Source: Eledone cirrhosa (taxonomy: Eukaryota). Taken from it: a stretch of DNA of 64,000 bases. The first letter of the stretch is position 1. The number at the start of each line of letters is the position of its first letter. The position numbers were made by a program, and so were the translations under genes. The notes beneath the pieces were generated by a model. The model did not search any database. It saw nothing but the letters and a program-made list of their open reading frames with translations, and was not told the DNA's origin. Positions 33,388-48,000 of the stretch are shown here, piece after piece. The stretch is from assembly GCA_964016885.1 (NCBI GenBank), contig OZ024741.1, positions 189,658,001 to 189,722,000 on the forward strand. The letters run 5' to 3'.

Positions 33388-34063
33388 ATATATATTTTAA
33401 ATTTAAGTAACATGGTAAGGACAGACAGTGGAAATACAGAACCAAATGGACACAGAGAAATCCCTACGTCACCAGGGATCACCAAGATTTTGGTGTATTT
33501 TTCTGCTGAATCAAAACTAGATCTGTTCTTTAAACATCTATTCCATTACATCTCTGTCTAGTTTCTCCTCTATTTCAATCTCTTCCTTTTCATTCTCTTT
33601 ACTCTCATGCTCCTCCTCATTCCCTCATCTCTCCTTCCCTACCTCTCACTCCCACTCTCACTTCATATCCCTCTCCTCCCCATGTTCCCCCAACTCTCTC
33701 ACTAGGTCTGTCCGTCTCTCCCACACACACACACACACCTATATCCAGCTAAAAAAACAGAATATATTCCTACACAAATGCTAAGAATCAATTAGTAATA
33801 GGTATCCGTTACACTCTGATAATTAATACTGATTACTGATTCACACCACAGCTGGAGTTATCGTTCTTGACTGTTTCTGTTTCTCTGTTAAAGCGGTGGG
33901 GAAGGGCATAACTACTGCTTCCATCGACACACAAATGTGTGATTTTTATCTGTGTATATTTGTGTTTTTCTGAATGTATGTATATGTTTGTTTCTGTGTA
34001 TGTATACACACATACATTCAGATGTGTATGTGTTATTTGTGTATATGTGCATGTTTTCCACTT

Positions 34064-34104
<41 letters not shown>

Positions 34105-34291
34105 CAGATGTGTATGTGTTATTTGTGTATATGTGCATGTTTTCCACTTTGTATGTATGTATATATATATATATATATATATGTATATGTATGTGTACAT
34201 TATGTAACCTATTCAGAAGCATAAATTGTCCACTAACAACACACACTCACACTCACACACTCACTCACACTCACACACTCACTCACACACT

Positions 34292-34322
<31 letters not shown>

Positions 34323-34481
34323 TGTCTATTTATTTTCATACACAGAGCATAAAAGTGGTATCTTAGGTTTCATGTTCCAGATATGACCATCTCGTCAGAT
34401 TGTGCATGGTGGTGCAGAATACATGAAGGGGTGATCAAATGTATGACCTAGTCATTAGGTGCTGGGATATATATATATATA

Positions 34482-35129
34482 CATTAGTCCCCCAGTATTC
34501 GCGGGGGTCACGTTCCTTGAGCACCCCCGAAGAGTGAAAAACCATGAATATTGGACGTGGTCCATAAAAATGCCTATAAACATCAAAATATAATGTAAAA
34601 TATAATTTAAAAAAAAGTTAAGGGGCGTCCAATAGGCTAGCAAGTTCGGTATCATCATCATCATCAACATCATCATCACCGTTTTACGTCCGTTCTTCCA
34701 CGCTAGCATGGGTTAGACGGGTTGTCCTGTTGTGGGCAGTGTACGGTCAGCTGACCTTGTCTTGCTCATACTGGAACTGATTCTGGCTTGATTTATACAG
34801 CTGGATGTCCTTCCTAACACCAACCTCATTTACAGTGTGGGCTGGGTGCTTTTTTGCCGTGGCACCTCCACGAGCACTTAGCAGTGGGAAGGGTGGGGGC
34901 ATATTGTCTATATGCTTCAGCTTCGGCTTGTACCCGTGGCGGGGAGGTATATTGTTATTAAAAATATATATTGCCTCGAAAAAAGTCATTAAAAAAAATT
35001 GCGGAAGATATTTACGATTCCGCAAATATGCAATATTTTCCACAAACAACTATTAGTTAGGTACTAAGGAAAATGTCATGAATAACGGGGCCCGTGAATG
35101 TTGGGACCACAAATGTCGAGGGTACACTG
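34482..35129. mobile_element. pogo/Tigger-like MITE with a nested RTE 3' end (34651-34945, minus)
   Basis: Termini CATTAGTCCCCCAGTATTCGCGG / CCACAAATGTCGAGGGTACACTG; the insert matches 50689-50960. Confidence 0.55.
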
Positions 35130-35167
35130 TGTGTGTGTATATATATATATTTATATATATATATATA

Positions 35168-36083
35168 ACTTTGATAGGTTTCGGCCAGTATTGGCCCAGG
35201 CCATGTCTAACTTAATAGCACCACCTGGCGAAGTCTTACAAATCAGTGTTTGGGCACCATGGCCCACTCGAGCAGAGAGTTATTGTTTACGGAGGCATAT
35301 CCGGGTGTAGGAGGCTTATCCGGGATTTCTTGAAGGAATTTATCCAAAGACTTCTTGAACTTGATGGGGTCTGTCTCTGCTTTGATGTGTTTTGGTGTAA
35401 TGTTAAAGAGTGCAGGGCCAATTGAGGTGAAATAATTGTGCCGTATTGTTGTTATGTGATGCGAGTGGGTTTTTTGTCGTGGGCGGATAGCACGGGGCCC
35501 AAGCCTTGGATGTACACTAAAGGTGATGCCAACTGGAAACATCATTTGGGCAAAGCTGATGGAATATTTTCCACATCATACAGATAATGTAGCGCTCACG
35601 GCGATGTTGAAGAGAATAAAGTTTGAGCTTTTCTAATCGACCCCAATAGTCAAGGCCTGTCATGCCAACTATCTTTTTTGTAATTGACCTTTGGGGTGCT
35701 TCAACTTTCATGATACTTTGTTTCGTGTGGGGTGACCATAGTGGACAACAGTATTCAAGGTGGGGTCGGGCAAAAGTGGAGAAGAGAAGGACAACAGTGT
35801 GGATATCTCTCGACTGGAAAGTTCTGAGAATCCAGGAACACATTCTGCGGGCCATATCAACTTTGCTGTTTATATGAGTGGCCCAGCTTATATTGTTGTC
35901 CCAAATTACTCCCAGGTCTCTGATGTTATTGGATGCCACTAGAGTTTCACCCGAAGGAAGAGAGTATGGTAGTTTCAGGGCATCCTTTTTTCCAAAGTGG
36001 ATTAGTTCAAATTTATCCTCATTCAACAGCATATTATTTATCTCTGCCCATTGGATAACAGCCAGTAGGCCTGACTGAAGGCA

Positions 36084-36085
<2 letters not shown>
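35168..36085 (-). mobile_element. CR1/L2-group LINE, 5'-truncated, frameshifted 3' part of ORF2
   Basis: WAEINNMLLNEDKFELIHF, IRDLGVIWD, RPHLEYCCPLWSPH, YWGRLEKLKLYSLQHRRER, FKKSLDKFL. Confidence 0.88.
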
Positions 36086-36107
<22 letters not shown>

Positions 36108-36114
<7 letters not shown>

Positions 36115-36537
36115 ATATTGACAAATGGAAACTATATTTATAAAACCATATTTATTTCATTATACATATTTCAAGGACACCAAAGCAAATTATGGTGCAC
36201 TTTCATCAGATAAAATATAATATAGATCAGTTTTATAAACAAATATTGACATACCCTTAAAGAATGTGACCATGTCTTTAAGGGTATGTGACCATTCTTT
36301 AAGGGTATGTCAATATTTGTTTATAAAACTGATCTATATTATATTTTATCTGATGAAAGTGCACCATAATTTGCTTTGGTGTCCTTGAAATATGTATAAT
36401 GAAATAAATATGGTTTTATAAATATAGTTTCCATTTGTTAATATATTGTATATTTACTCCAATAATTTGTTGAGTGCTTTATATCAGTTATAAAAATATT
36501 TGCTTGTTGTATCCCAACAAATTAAATATAACTTCTA
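36108..36537 (+). mobile_element. Non-coding foldback element with hammerhead in both arms (family H1)
   Basis: About 155-bp inverted arms with an internally duplicated spacer; GAGTGCT at 36472; flanked by (TA)n; homologous to 12679-13100. Confidence 0.78.
36342..36406 (+). ncRNA. Minimal type I hammerhead ribozyme motif (inverted copy at 36153-36217)
   Basis: UAUUUUAU-CUGAUGA-AAGUGCACCA(loop)UGGUGUCCUU-GAAA-UAUGUA-UA-AUGAAAUA. Confidence 0.8.
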
Positions 36538-36551
36538 TATATATATATATT

Positions 36552-36582
<31 letters not shown>

Positions 36583-36593
36583 ATATATATTTA

Positions 36594-37992
<1,399 letters not shown>

Positions 37993-38085
37993 AACGAAGG
38001 AAATGTGGTAAGGAACCAGGTGGACCATAACGCACCAAAGTACTCAATACTTAGGCTAGTAGAGTGGGTAATAGGAACATATATT

Positions 38086-38122
<37 letters not shown>

Positions 38123-38797
38123 ATATATTTATATATAAATATATATATTTATATGTCTATATATATATATTTATATATATATCAGTTTTGCGAGGTTTTT
38201 GATATGAAATCGTGTGTCGAAACAAATATTGTTATACTAGGAGAGGGTCATATTTGTGTAATATTGCCAGAATTAATAACAGAACACACTCAGTGTTTGG
38301 TTGGGTTTCGCTTTTCGTTTCTGTGTCTTTTATATCGGTTAATTTAATTTATTCGGTCCTCAATGTTGCCATTGACTGACCAACGGTAAAAAATACAGAT
38401 ACAATATAGACACAAATACATATATATAGTTTATCAAAGTTCTTTTGTTGCACATCTGCAACATCGTCAGTGGTGCTATTGTTTCTTCCCATTGCATTGT
38501 ATTTTCTACGCCATCTTTATTTAGTCTGTTTATATATTTATTTATTTGTTGTTTTTTTTTGTTTTTTTTTCTTTGCGTTTGCGTGTGTGTATAGTGTTTT
38601 GTTTGATGTGTGTTCATGATTGGGTGACTGTGTATTGGTTAATCTATTCTATCTTTACTAGTGTGTGTTTATATGTGTTTGTTGTTATTGTGCTTGTGTA
38701 TTTATTTATTTATTTATTTATACTTCTCTTAGGTCAGTGTTGTTTGTTTGGATGTTGTTGTTATTCCATTCATTTTTTCTGTTTAGCCTTGGCCTTC

Positions 38798-38836
<39 letters not shown>

Positions 38837-39373
38837 TATATATATATATTTATATATATATATTTATATATATATATATATATTTATTTATATATATTTA
38901 TATATATATATATTTATATATATGTATATATATATTTATATATATGTATATATATATTTTGTGTGAAGGCGCATGGCTTAGTGGTTAGAGCATTGGGCTT
39001 GCAATCAAAAGGTTGTGAGTTCATTTCTCGGACCGGGTGAGGTGTTGTTTCCTTGAACAAGACACTTTATTTCACGTTGCTCCAGTTTACTCAGCTGTAG
39101 AAATGAGTTGCGACATCATTGGTGCCAAGCTGTATCGGCCATTGCCTTTCCCTTGGACCTCATCAGTGGCTTGGAGAGCGAAGACTGGTATGCATGGGCG
39201 ACTATTGGTCTTCCACAAACAACCTTGCCTGGACTTGTGCCTCGGAGGAAAACTTCCTAGGTGCAAATCCCATGGTCATACGTGACCGAAGGGTGTCTTC
39301 TTTATATATATATATTTATATATATGTATATATATATTTATATATATATATATTTAATTATGTAATAAATAAC

Positions 39374-39535
39374 TGTTTCTACTTTAGGCACAAGGCCAGC
39401 AATTACCCAGTGCATTACTGGTACTTTATTTTATCGACCCCGTAAGGATGAAAGGCAAAGTCAACCTCAGCGGGATTTGAACTCAGATCGTAAAGGGACT
39501 AACTATGCTGGAAAGCATGGCGTCCGACCCTCTAG
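39374..39535 (-). mobile_element. SINE family A with 18-bp TSD
   Basis: AATTATGTAATAAATAAC at 39356-39373 and 39536-39553. Confidence 0.9.
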
Positions 39536-39584
39536 AATTATGTAATAAATAACAATACAATTATTCCATTTACCATAGGAAAAT

Positions 39585-39657
39585 TTTTCTTCTGATGAAT
39601 GACTTCAGACGTCTCTGTTGAGCTTGCCCGTCTTCGTGAAACCTTTGGTAAATGGAA
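39585..39657 (+). ncRNA. Type I hammerhead ribozyme motif
   Basis: CUGAUGA (39592)-AUGA..AGAC..GUCU-UCGU-GAAA-CC-UUU-GG-UA; GUA site; stem I weak. Confidence 0.6.
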
Positions 39658-39747
39658 TAATTGTATTGTGTTGTTTATTACATAATTAAATAGCTCTGTA
39701 CCATACATAGAGCACTCTCCCTTCCTTTACTCTTTCTACCGAAATAC

Positions 39748-39781
<34 letters not shown>

Positions 39782-40778
39782 ATTCCGTATTCCAGCCTTT
39801 TCATTTTGCCTTCATTTTCTATTTTACAGTTATTGTTTGTTTTGTTTTGTTTTGTGGATTTTTAACATACTTTATCATGGTCATCTGAAACAAGTAAAAC
39901 TATGTGATGCAGTGGTCATCTCAGATAGGTGAACCCTTACACTTGCAATGAGCATTTAAAACAGGTGGCTCTTCTTAATTCTAGTGGTCATCTGAGACAG
40001 ATGGCATCTATCATTTGCAGTGGCTTATAAATTCTCTGGTGTTGATAAAGACAGTTTCAGAAACATATTAAAGAAGAAAAAGAAAGCATTTGGGGTTAAA
40101 ACAGGTCAAGTTACAGTTAAATGTCAGGCTATAACCAGATCAAGATATGATTGAGCTGCAGTTAATAGTCAGGTCAAGTTTAATTGAGCTACAGTTAATT
40201 CTCAGATCAAGACCAGGACAAGATATGACTGGGATACAGTTAACAGTGAGGTCATGACCAGGTCGAGGGTTTAATTGAGCTGCAGTTAATGGTCAAGTCA
40301 GAAGAGGTTCTGTGCTTCCTTGAGAAATAGTTAAAAGAAGACAGGGAAGTGAAATCAAGCATGCAGTTTTTACAAGGAATTTGACGCAAGAGATTTAGAA
40401 GTAAAAGGGTAAAGACCCCCTTCAGTCACGAATGACCATGGGATTTGCACCTAGAAAGTTCCTTTCCAAGGCACAACTCCAGGAAAGGTTGTTTGTGGAA
40501 GACCAGCAGTCGTTCATGCATACCAGTCTTGCCTTTCCACATCACCGATGTTGTCCAAGGCAAAGACTGATACAGCTTGGCACCAGTGACGTCACAATTC
40601 ATTTCTACAGCGGAGTGAACTGGAGCAACATGAAATAGTGTTTTTGCTTAAAAACACAATGCAAAGCCCAATCCAAGAATTGAACTCACAACCTCATGAT
40701 TGTAAGCCTGATCCTCTAACCACTAAGCTATGCACCTGCACACATGGATTTAGAAGAAATAATTTGAATAATCATAAT

Positions 40779-40883
40779 AATTGTTTCTACTTTAGGCACA
40801 AGGCCAGCAATTACTCAGTACATTACTGGTACTTTATTTTATCGACCCCGTAAGGATGAAAGGCAAAGTCAACCTCGGCGGGA
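40779..40883 (-). mobile_element. 5'-truncated SINE family A with TSD
   Basis: ATAATCATAATAAT on both sides; an older copy follows at 40915-41110. Confidence 0.85.
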
Positions 40884-41314
40884 TAATCATAATAATAACT
40901 GTAAAATAGTAATAGTTTCTGATTTAGGGACAAGGCCAACAATTTTTGGGGGGGGAGGAGAAAGTCAATAATTAAATCATTCCCAGTGCATTATTGGTAT
41001 TTTATTGTATCAACTCGTAAGGATGAAAGGTGAAGCTAACCTCAGTAAGATTTGAACTCAGACCATAAAGGTTATTGTCTGATGCTCTACTGATACTGTT
41101 AATCCACTGCAATAATAATTATTTCTTACATTGACAATAAAGCATAAAAAATTAATAATGTTAATGATATCTTAATATATAAATGATGGTTTCTTATTTA
41201 TGCACAAGGCAACAACCTCCACCATCACCCATTACTAAAACCAGCTTCTTAAATTAACCACGAACACCACTAGCCTCCAAACCAACAAGAGATCTTATAC
41301 ATAATGTAATCAAT

Positions 41315-41495
41315 TGACCTGCTAGAAATAGCAGCCTAACAAATTACACCCTACCATCTTTAAAAAGAAAACATTAGATAATGTGTTTCTAGATTCGCTG
41401 AACATAGGGAAAAAAAAGTTGGAATGGCCACAGTATGGGTGCTTTTGATCATAGGTTTACTCAATCAAGGTTGACCTGGGGCTAAACAACAACTT
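41315..41495 (+). repeat. Abundant interspersed repeat (CTGCTAGAAATAGCAGCC...GTTGACCTGGGGCTAAACAACAAC)
   Basis: Related pieces at ~28055-28200 (-), 28425-28490 (-), 43780-43880 (-), 44540-44720 (-), 45610-45825 and 47335-47445; class unknown. Confidence 0.6.
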
Positions 41496-42244
41496 CCACC
41501 ACCACCACCACCACCAACTTCAATCTCTTCCATGCCGTTTTCAAAAGTCAATATAGAGCATTTGACTAGTTTTCTCATATAATATTTGTTCATATTGATT
41601 TTTGTATCGATCTGAAAGTGTTCGCTGTGTCGACACAGTTGTAATTTGCTTGCAACGTCAAGTGAAACGGTTGGTTGCATATTTGGTGATGACTGTAAAA
41701 TGGAGAGAGAAGCAGAAGCGATGACATATCTTTTCAATGACAATGCTACTGACTTCCTACTCTCACCACAAGGGGGCTCAGCTCATCCCTTGAAATGGAA
41801 CTTTCTCACACACCGTAACTAGATTGAGAGATTTACCTGTTTATTTCTTTCAACATTCCCACCATCATCTCTCTCTTTCTCCTCTACGCCTTCTCTCCTC
41901 ACTCCCCTTCTTTCCTCACTCCCTTTCCTCACTCCTCTCTCTCTCACTCCTCCCCCCTCTCTCTCAATATATGTGTGCATGCTCGCAGACACTCACACAC
42001 ACATAATGTTAGATTATGATGTTGCTGGTGATGATGAATAATAGAGTGGCATACTGTGACAAAAATACTAGGGTAAACAAATGGGATGTGTTGTGTATTT
42101 AAGGAGCAGTAACCTCACACAATGAGACAGACTCTCTTTCAAAGAGTCTTACAGATTCTGAAAAAAAAAGTTTATATCATTATTAATTTACTGTATTATT
42201 ATTCCAAAATGTTAATGCCTTTATTTTAAAATAATAATAATAAT

Positions 42245-42427
42245 AATTGTTTCTACTTTTGGCACAAGGCCAGCAATTATCCCAGTGTATTACTGGTACT
42301 TTATTTTATCGATCCCCGTAGGGATGAAAGGCAAAGTTAACCTCGGCGGGATTTGAACTCAGACCATAAAGGGCCGTAACTCTCTGCTGCAAAGCACGGC
42401 GTCTGACCCTCTACCGATACTGCCAAT
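42245..42427 (-). mobile_element. SINE family A (further copies: 42753-42938, 44316-44525 +, 45844-46028, 55317-55495, 56309-56499, 56517-56732, 58463-58642, 61497-61688 +)
   Basis: Consensus matches, often next to (AAT)n. Confidence 0.88.
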
Positions 42428-43315
42428 AGACAATAATAATAATAATGAAATTATTGTGTACTGGGCTCAGATACACTACAACTCATCAAAACAATGAAAC
42501 AAAGAGAAAAACGTTACATATTAAACAAATAATAATTTTTAGGTGGTAACAACACATCACCCAGTCTGAGAATTGAACTCACAACCTTGCAATCGAAAGG
42601 TTGTGAGTTCAATTCTCATACCGGGTGATGTGTTGTTTCCTTGAGCAAGTCACTTTATTTCACATTACTCCAGTTTACTCAGCTGTAGAAAACAAGCCAG
42701 AATCAGTTCCCGTCCCACCCTTGCAAGCAGGGAAAAGCAGATGTAAAATGATAATTGTTTCTACTTTTGGCACAAGGCCAGCAATTACCCAGTGCATTAC
42801 TGGTACTTTATTTTATCGACCCCGTAAGGATGAAAGGCAAAGTTAACCTCGGCGGGATTTGAACTCAGATCATAGAGGGAGGTAACTCTATGCTTCAAAG
42901 CATGGCGTCCGACCCTCTACCAATACTGCCAATCCACAATGATAACTATTCTTACCTTGCTATATGCTTCAGCTTCGGCTTGTTCCTGTGGGAAGTTGGG
43001 TCTTCTGTATTACTGCGTGACGCCAGAGGTCACGGTCGTGTGTCATTGCCCTTGAGAGGTGCAATTGAGTGTATATATATGTTAATACAGCCACTTAATG
43101 AAAACCCTTTGCTTGCTTAGAATAAATGAACCTTGAAAGTTAGGAGTGCCAATATTTGTATCATTCTGTATCACTATGTATTTTTGGATAAATCTAGTTT
43201 TCTCAAAGAATTCCCTTTCTTTAAATCCATCAGCCAATGACCTCCACCCATCCCAATTACCACCTTCCCCTCCCAACAGAAAATGTATAAATACCACCAT
43301 ATCACATTGACAGTC

Positions 43316-43367
43316 AGCTTTCCTGCTGATTTCCTTCGAATGAAACAGTTCTAGTCCTGTAGAAGCT
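43316..43367 (+). ncRNA. Hammerhead motif of family H2 with a mutated core
   Basis: AGCUUUC-CUGCUGA-UUUCCUUCGAAU-GAAA-CAGUUCUAGUCCUG-UA-GAAGCU; TATAAATACC upstream (~43286) and GAGTACT at 43404. Confidence 0.65.
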
Positions 43368-43444
43368 ATTTCTATATTAAAAATGTATACTCTGCTATGT
43401 ATTGAGTACTGTACTTACTGTGGTTACCCCCGATTGAACTCAGG

Positions 43445-43511
<67 letters not shown>

Positions 43512-43512
43512 A

Positions 43513-43562
<50 letters not shown>

Positions 43563-44895
43563 GTAGTTCCTGCCTGCCTGTTTGTTTGTTCATGAACTTC
43601 TATGGTTTTGGAGATAGACCCCCATAACCATATATATTCAGAAACTACATTGCCCAGGGTACTTGGATAAGTATATTTTCATTTTAACCAAAGGGTTCCC
43701 TGGGGGCAGAAGACCCCACTGAAAATGTTGGTCTACCCAATTTCACTGACCCATGGTTATAGTAAATGACACTTAGCTAATGTTGTTTAGCCTCAAGTCA
43801 ACTCTAATCACAGCTTTCCTAATCATGACTACTCTGTTTTTTGTTTTTTCTTTTCTCTAGACAGTTTATATCAGACTACATTACAGGTACAACACATTTT
43901 TGCCACCTGAGTGGACTGGAGAAATGTGCAATAAAGTGTCTTGCTCAAGGGTACAATGTGCCACCAGAAATCGAACTCATGACATTACGATCATGAGCTG
44001 AAAACCCTGACTAGAAAGCCATGTGTCTTTACACATTACACAGAGTACTGACCCACAAACCAAGAAAAGAATCTCTACATTGTTACTCAATCTGCTAGAA
44101 ATAACAACCAAATTCTTCTCAAATCACATACTCTACTTGGGGTTAAACAACTACTGACTCTGTATTATGCTGACCTATAAGCCAATGTTCCTTGACCTGT
44201 TAAAAAGAAAAGCAACCAAATTTCCCTCAAATCACACCACTGTAGCACTATTCTACCTTCTTCAATCCACATTACATTACGTTGCTAAAACTGTTACAGT
44301 ACTCTAATCAAATCGATGGATTGGCAGTATCATTAGAGTGTTGGAACACCATGCTTTGTGACAGAGAGTTACAGCCCTTTACATTCTGAGTTCAAATTCT
44401 GCCGAGGTTAGCTATGCTTTTCATCCTTACGAGGTCGAAAAAATAAAGCACCTCTAAGTATTGGGGGCGATTTAATCGACTTTTCCCTCTCCTTCAAGTT
44501 GCTGGCCTTGTGCCTAAAGTTGAAAAAATACTCTAATCAAATCGATTTGTTATCACAGCTATCCTTACCATGACTTTCCTTTTTATTTCCACCAGACATA
44601 GTTTATATCAGACTACATTATGTGCCCTTCCAGCTTTTGCTCTTTTTTAAAGTCATTAGAATGTGGTCTGAAAGAAATTTGGCTGCTATATCTAGCAGAT
44701 TGATCGACTGTGTAGAGACACTGCCATTGGTTTGTATCTCAAGTTGCCATACCACAGTATTGGAACTGGAATTTCAGGATTGCTAAGTAATCTTCTTAGC
44801 TATTTGCATTACAGTGTAAATTGTAATGTGTAATTATATAGGATTTATTTTTAATTTTCAACAAACCTCCTTCATGTAAAGAATTGCATACTTCT

Positions 44896-45030
44896 CATAA
44901 CCGAGTTTCATTTATTTCCATATGTGATTCCATAAACTGAGTTTCATTTATTTCCTTGTGTGTTTCCATAAAGTGAGTTTCATATATCTCTTTGTGTTTT
45001 TCAATAAAATGAGTTTCATTTATTTCCTCC
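44896..45030. repeat. Minisatellite, about 36 bp x 4
   Basis: Repeated ATAAA.TGAGTTTCATTTATTTCC. Confidence 0.8.
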
Positions 45031-48000
45031 TATTTTTTCAAACACTTTTGGTACTTAGCTTTGTGGCCATCTTGTATCTATTATAGAGTATGTTATTTTA
45101 ATATGTTGCAAGTATTTCTGCAAGGTCTCCAGTTTGAAGATAGTTATGTCCCTCCTTCTCACTAGATTTGGAAGCCATAAAAAGAACCTTAAGTCCTGTC
45201 CTTCCCACCCCTGCCAAACAGTAAAAAAGAAAAAAGACAAAAATGGAAGCTTCTATATGGTTACTGGACATTGTCAACTACACCAGTACAGAATCTTCTA
45301 TATTGCCTTTTATAACTACTGAACATAACCAACTACAACACACAAACTACTATGTGGCTTTATATGGTTACTCAAAGTAGAGCCAACTAGATATTCTGAT
45401 TACATTAATTCATCTTAAAGATGTGGCTATTACTATAAAAGTAAAGATTTAATCAAACTACTAACCCCATCTTTTGTTCCTCTAACAGCAATTATTCTCA
45501 TATACTATTGTCCTCAGATTATCAACATCTCAAAGAAGCCTACTTCATTGCTGTTAGAACTAAACTAATTCCTTTTCTAAAGACAACAAAGTAGCTTCTT
45601 AGTTGTCTCTCAACCTGCTAGAAATATCAGCTAATTCTCCTTCAAATCACATCTTACTGTCTTATAAAGAGAAGGCCACATAGACTAATGTAGTCATGGA
45701 TGCACTGTGTCTGAATAAAGGAGAACATAGTTATGGCTGGAAAACTTTTCTTTATGGGTTGAGTTGACCTGGGCTAAACAACAACAAATAGGACACTTTG
45801 GATAATGTAGTCCTAGATATACTGATTGAATAAAAATGAGATTATGTTTCTACTTTTGGCACAAGGCCAGCAATTACGCAGTGCATTACTGGTACTTTAT
45901 TTTATCGACCCCGTAAGGATGAAAGACAAAGTTAACGTCGGTGGGATTTTAACTCAAAACGTAAAGGGCCGTAACTCTATGTTGCAAAACATGGTGTCTG
46001 ACACTCCACTGATACTGCCAATCCACCAAGATAATAATGCCAAACAACTATTAACAGTACGTATTTCACTGATTTTTAAAAGCTGGCACTCTGTTGGTTA
46101 AGACAATGAGTGTTCCAGTTGATATGATAAATGGAACAACCAGCTCATGAAATTCACTTGCATTCCACAGATAAACATACCCCTAACATAGTTCTAAGGA
46201 AGATTCAGAATGTGACAAGGCTGGCCCTTTTAATTGCAAGTACAACTAATTTTTTGTCAGCCAAGTGGAGTGGAGCAATGTGAAATAAAGTGTCTTGCTC
46301 TAGGACACAAAAAGCCTCCAGGAATCGAACTCACGGCTTTACGATCATGAGACAAATAACCTAACCATAAAGCCACATACCTTCACACATTATACTGAGT
46401 ACTGATCCACAAACCAGCAAAAGAGTCTCTACATTGTTACTCAATCTGCTAGAAATAACAGCCAAATTCTTCTCAAATCACATACTCTAACTTGGGGTTA
46501 AATGACTACTGGCACTGTATTATGCTGGCCTACAAGCCAATGTTCCTTGACATGTTAAAAAGAAAAGCAACCAAATTTCCCTCGAATCACACACCACTGT
46601 AGCACAATTTTACCTTTTTCAATCCACATCACATTAAGTTGCTAAATATGTTAAAACACACCACCTTTTTAAAATTTTTATTATATAAAAAAAAAAGAAT
46701 TGATATTAAAATATCAGAAGTTTCATTTATAGTTGTATAAATAACATTACAAATGCATAAATAACATTATAAATTACTTGCAGCTCGTTCAGAAAAACAT
46801 CACAAATACAATGTCGCTGACATCATCATCATCATCATTGTTTAATGTCCATCTTCCACTAGCATGGGTTGGACGGTTTTGTCCCACTTGAGACGAGATT
46901 GGTCGGGAGACCGTGTCTCATTTGTACAGAACTGTTTCTGACAAACACAAATAAAAAAGCATAAAAGAGAGATAAAAAAGAACATTAAAAAAAAAGAAAG
47001 AAAAAAAGGGAGGCAATTCACCACCAAGTGCGACAATCTACTGCACATTACATCATAAGGGTTAACTAAACACTTGCAGCATTGCCACAAGTGATGGCGA
47101 GGCTAAGGCGCTGAAACAACCAGGCACTCTCACAGGCATCACCTGATTAAATTTGTATTAAAATTGTTTTAAAACAGATGTGCACATGTATTGCACTTTA
47201 CTACAAAGAAATACACATGCACTATTGCAGTACTTTAAAAACACTGACTTGCTGTAAAAATTACTGCACACTTGGAAGCCATATGTGGTGCACAAGTGTG
47301 CCATGGCACAATGAGTGAAAATATCTTCTATACTATCTTAAAATAAAGACACATTTGGATATTGTATTCCTAGATAAACTATGTCTGAATAAAAGATAGA
47401 ATGGTCACAGTTGGAATGTCTTTGAGTATGGGTTTTCTGGATCTCTTACCTCACATCCTACACCTTCTTCTATATGGTGTAGAGAGGGTTCCTCTGTCAA
47501 GTCAATGACTGGCAACCTCCCTTGTGTTGGTGCCTTGATAAAATGCACCAATTACTTTCTGAAAAGTGGTTGGTGTTAGGAAGTGCCTCCAACTGTAAAA
47601 ACCAAACCAAAGAGTTGAGAGGTTCCTTCAGTCAAGACACAGGAAGCTCCCTAGTGTTGGTGCCATGATAAAATGCACCCAGTACACTCAAAAGTGGTTG
47701 GCATTAGGAAGGGTTTGCAGCCATAGAAAACATACCCAACAAAAGGTCTAGAGGACTCTTCAGTTGTGTGAAAAACATAACACTGCCCCTAGTAAAATGT
47801 ACTCAGTGCACTTTGCAGAGTGCAAAAATATAAGTGAAATGTAACCTCCCAGTCCATCTGAGAGGTCAGTAGCTCTGATGAAGTACTGATTTCATCTGAC
47901 AACCCACTCAACTCTTGCTAACAGGAAGAATCAATGTTAACCCTTTAGCATTTATATTACTCTATATATACTATTGTATTTTCACAGTAAAGGCTTTACC

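Larger units (their letters stand above)
39352..39750 (+). mobile_element. Foldback element with hammerhead motif (family H3), interrupted by a SINE
   Basis: Arms AATTATGTAATAAATAACAATACAATTATTCCATTTACCA / TGGTAAATGGAATAATTGTATTG..TATTACATAATT; GAGCACT at 39710. Confidence 0.6.
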
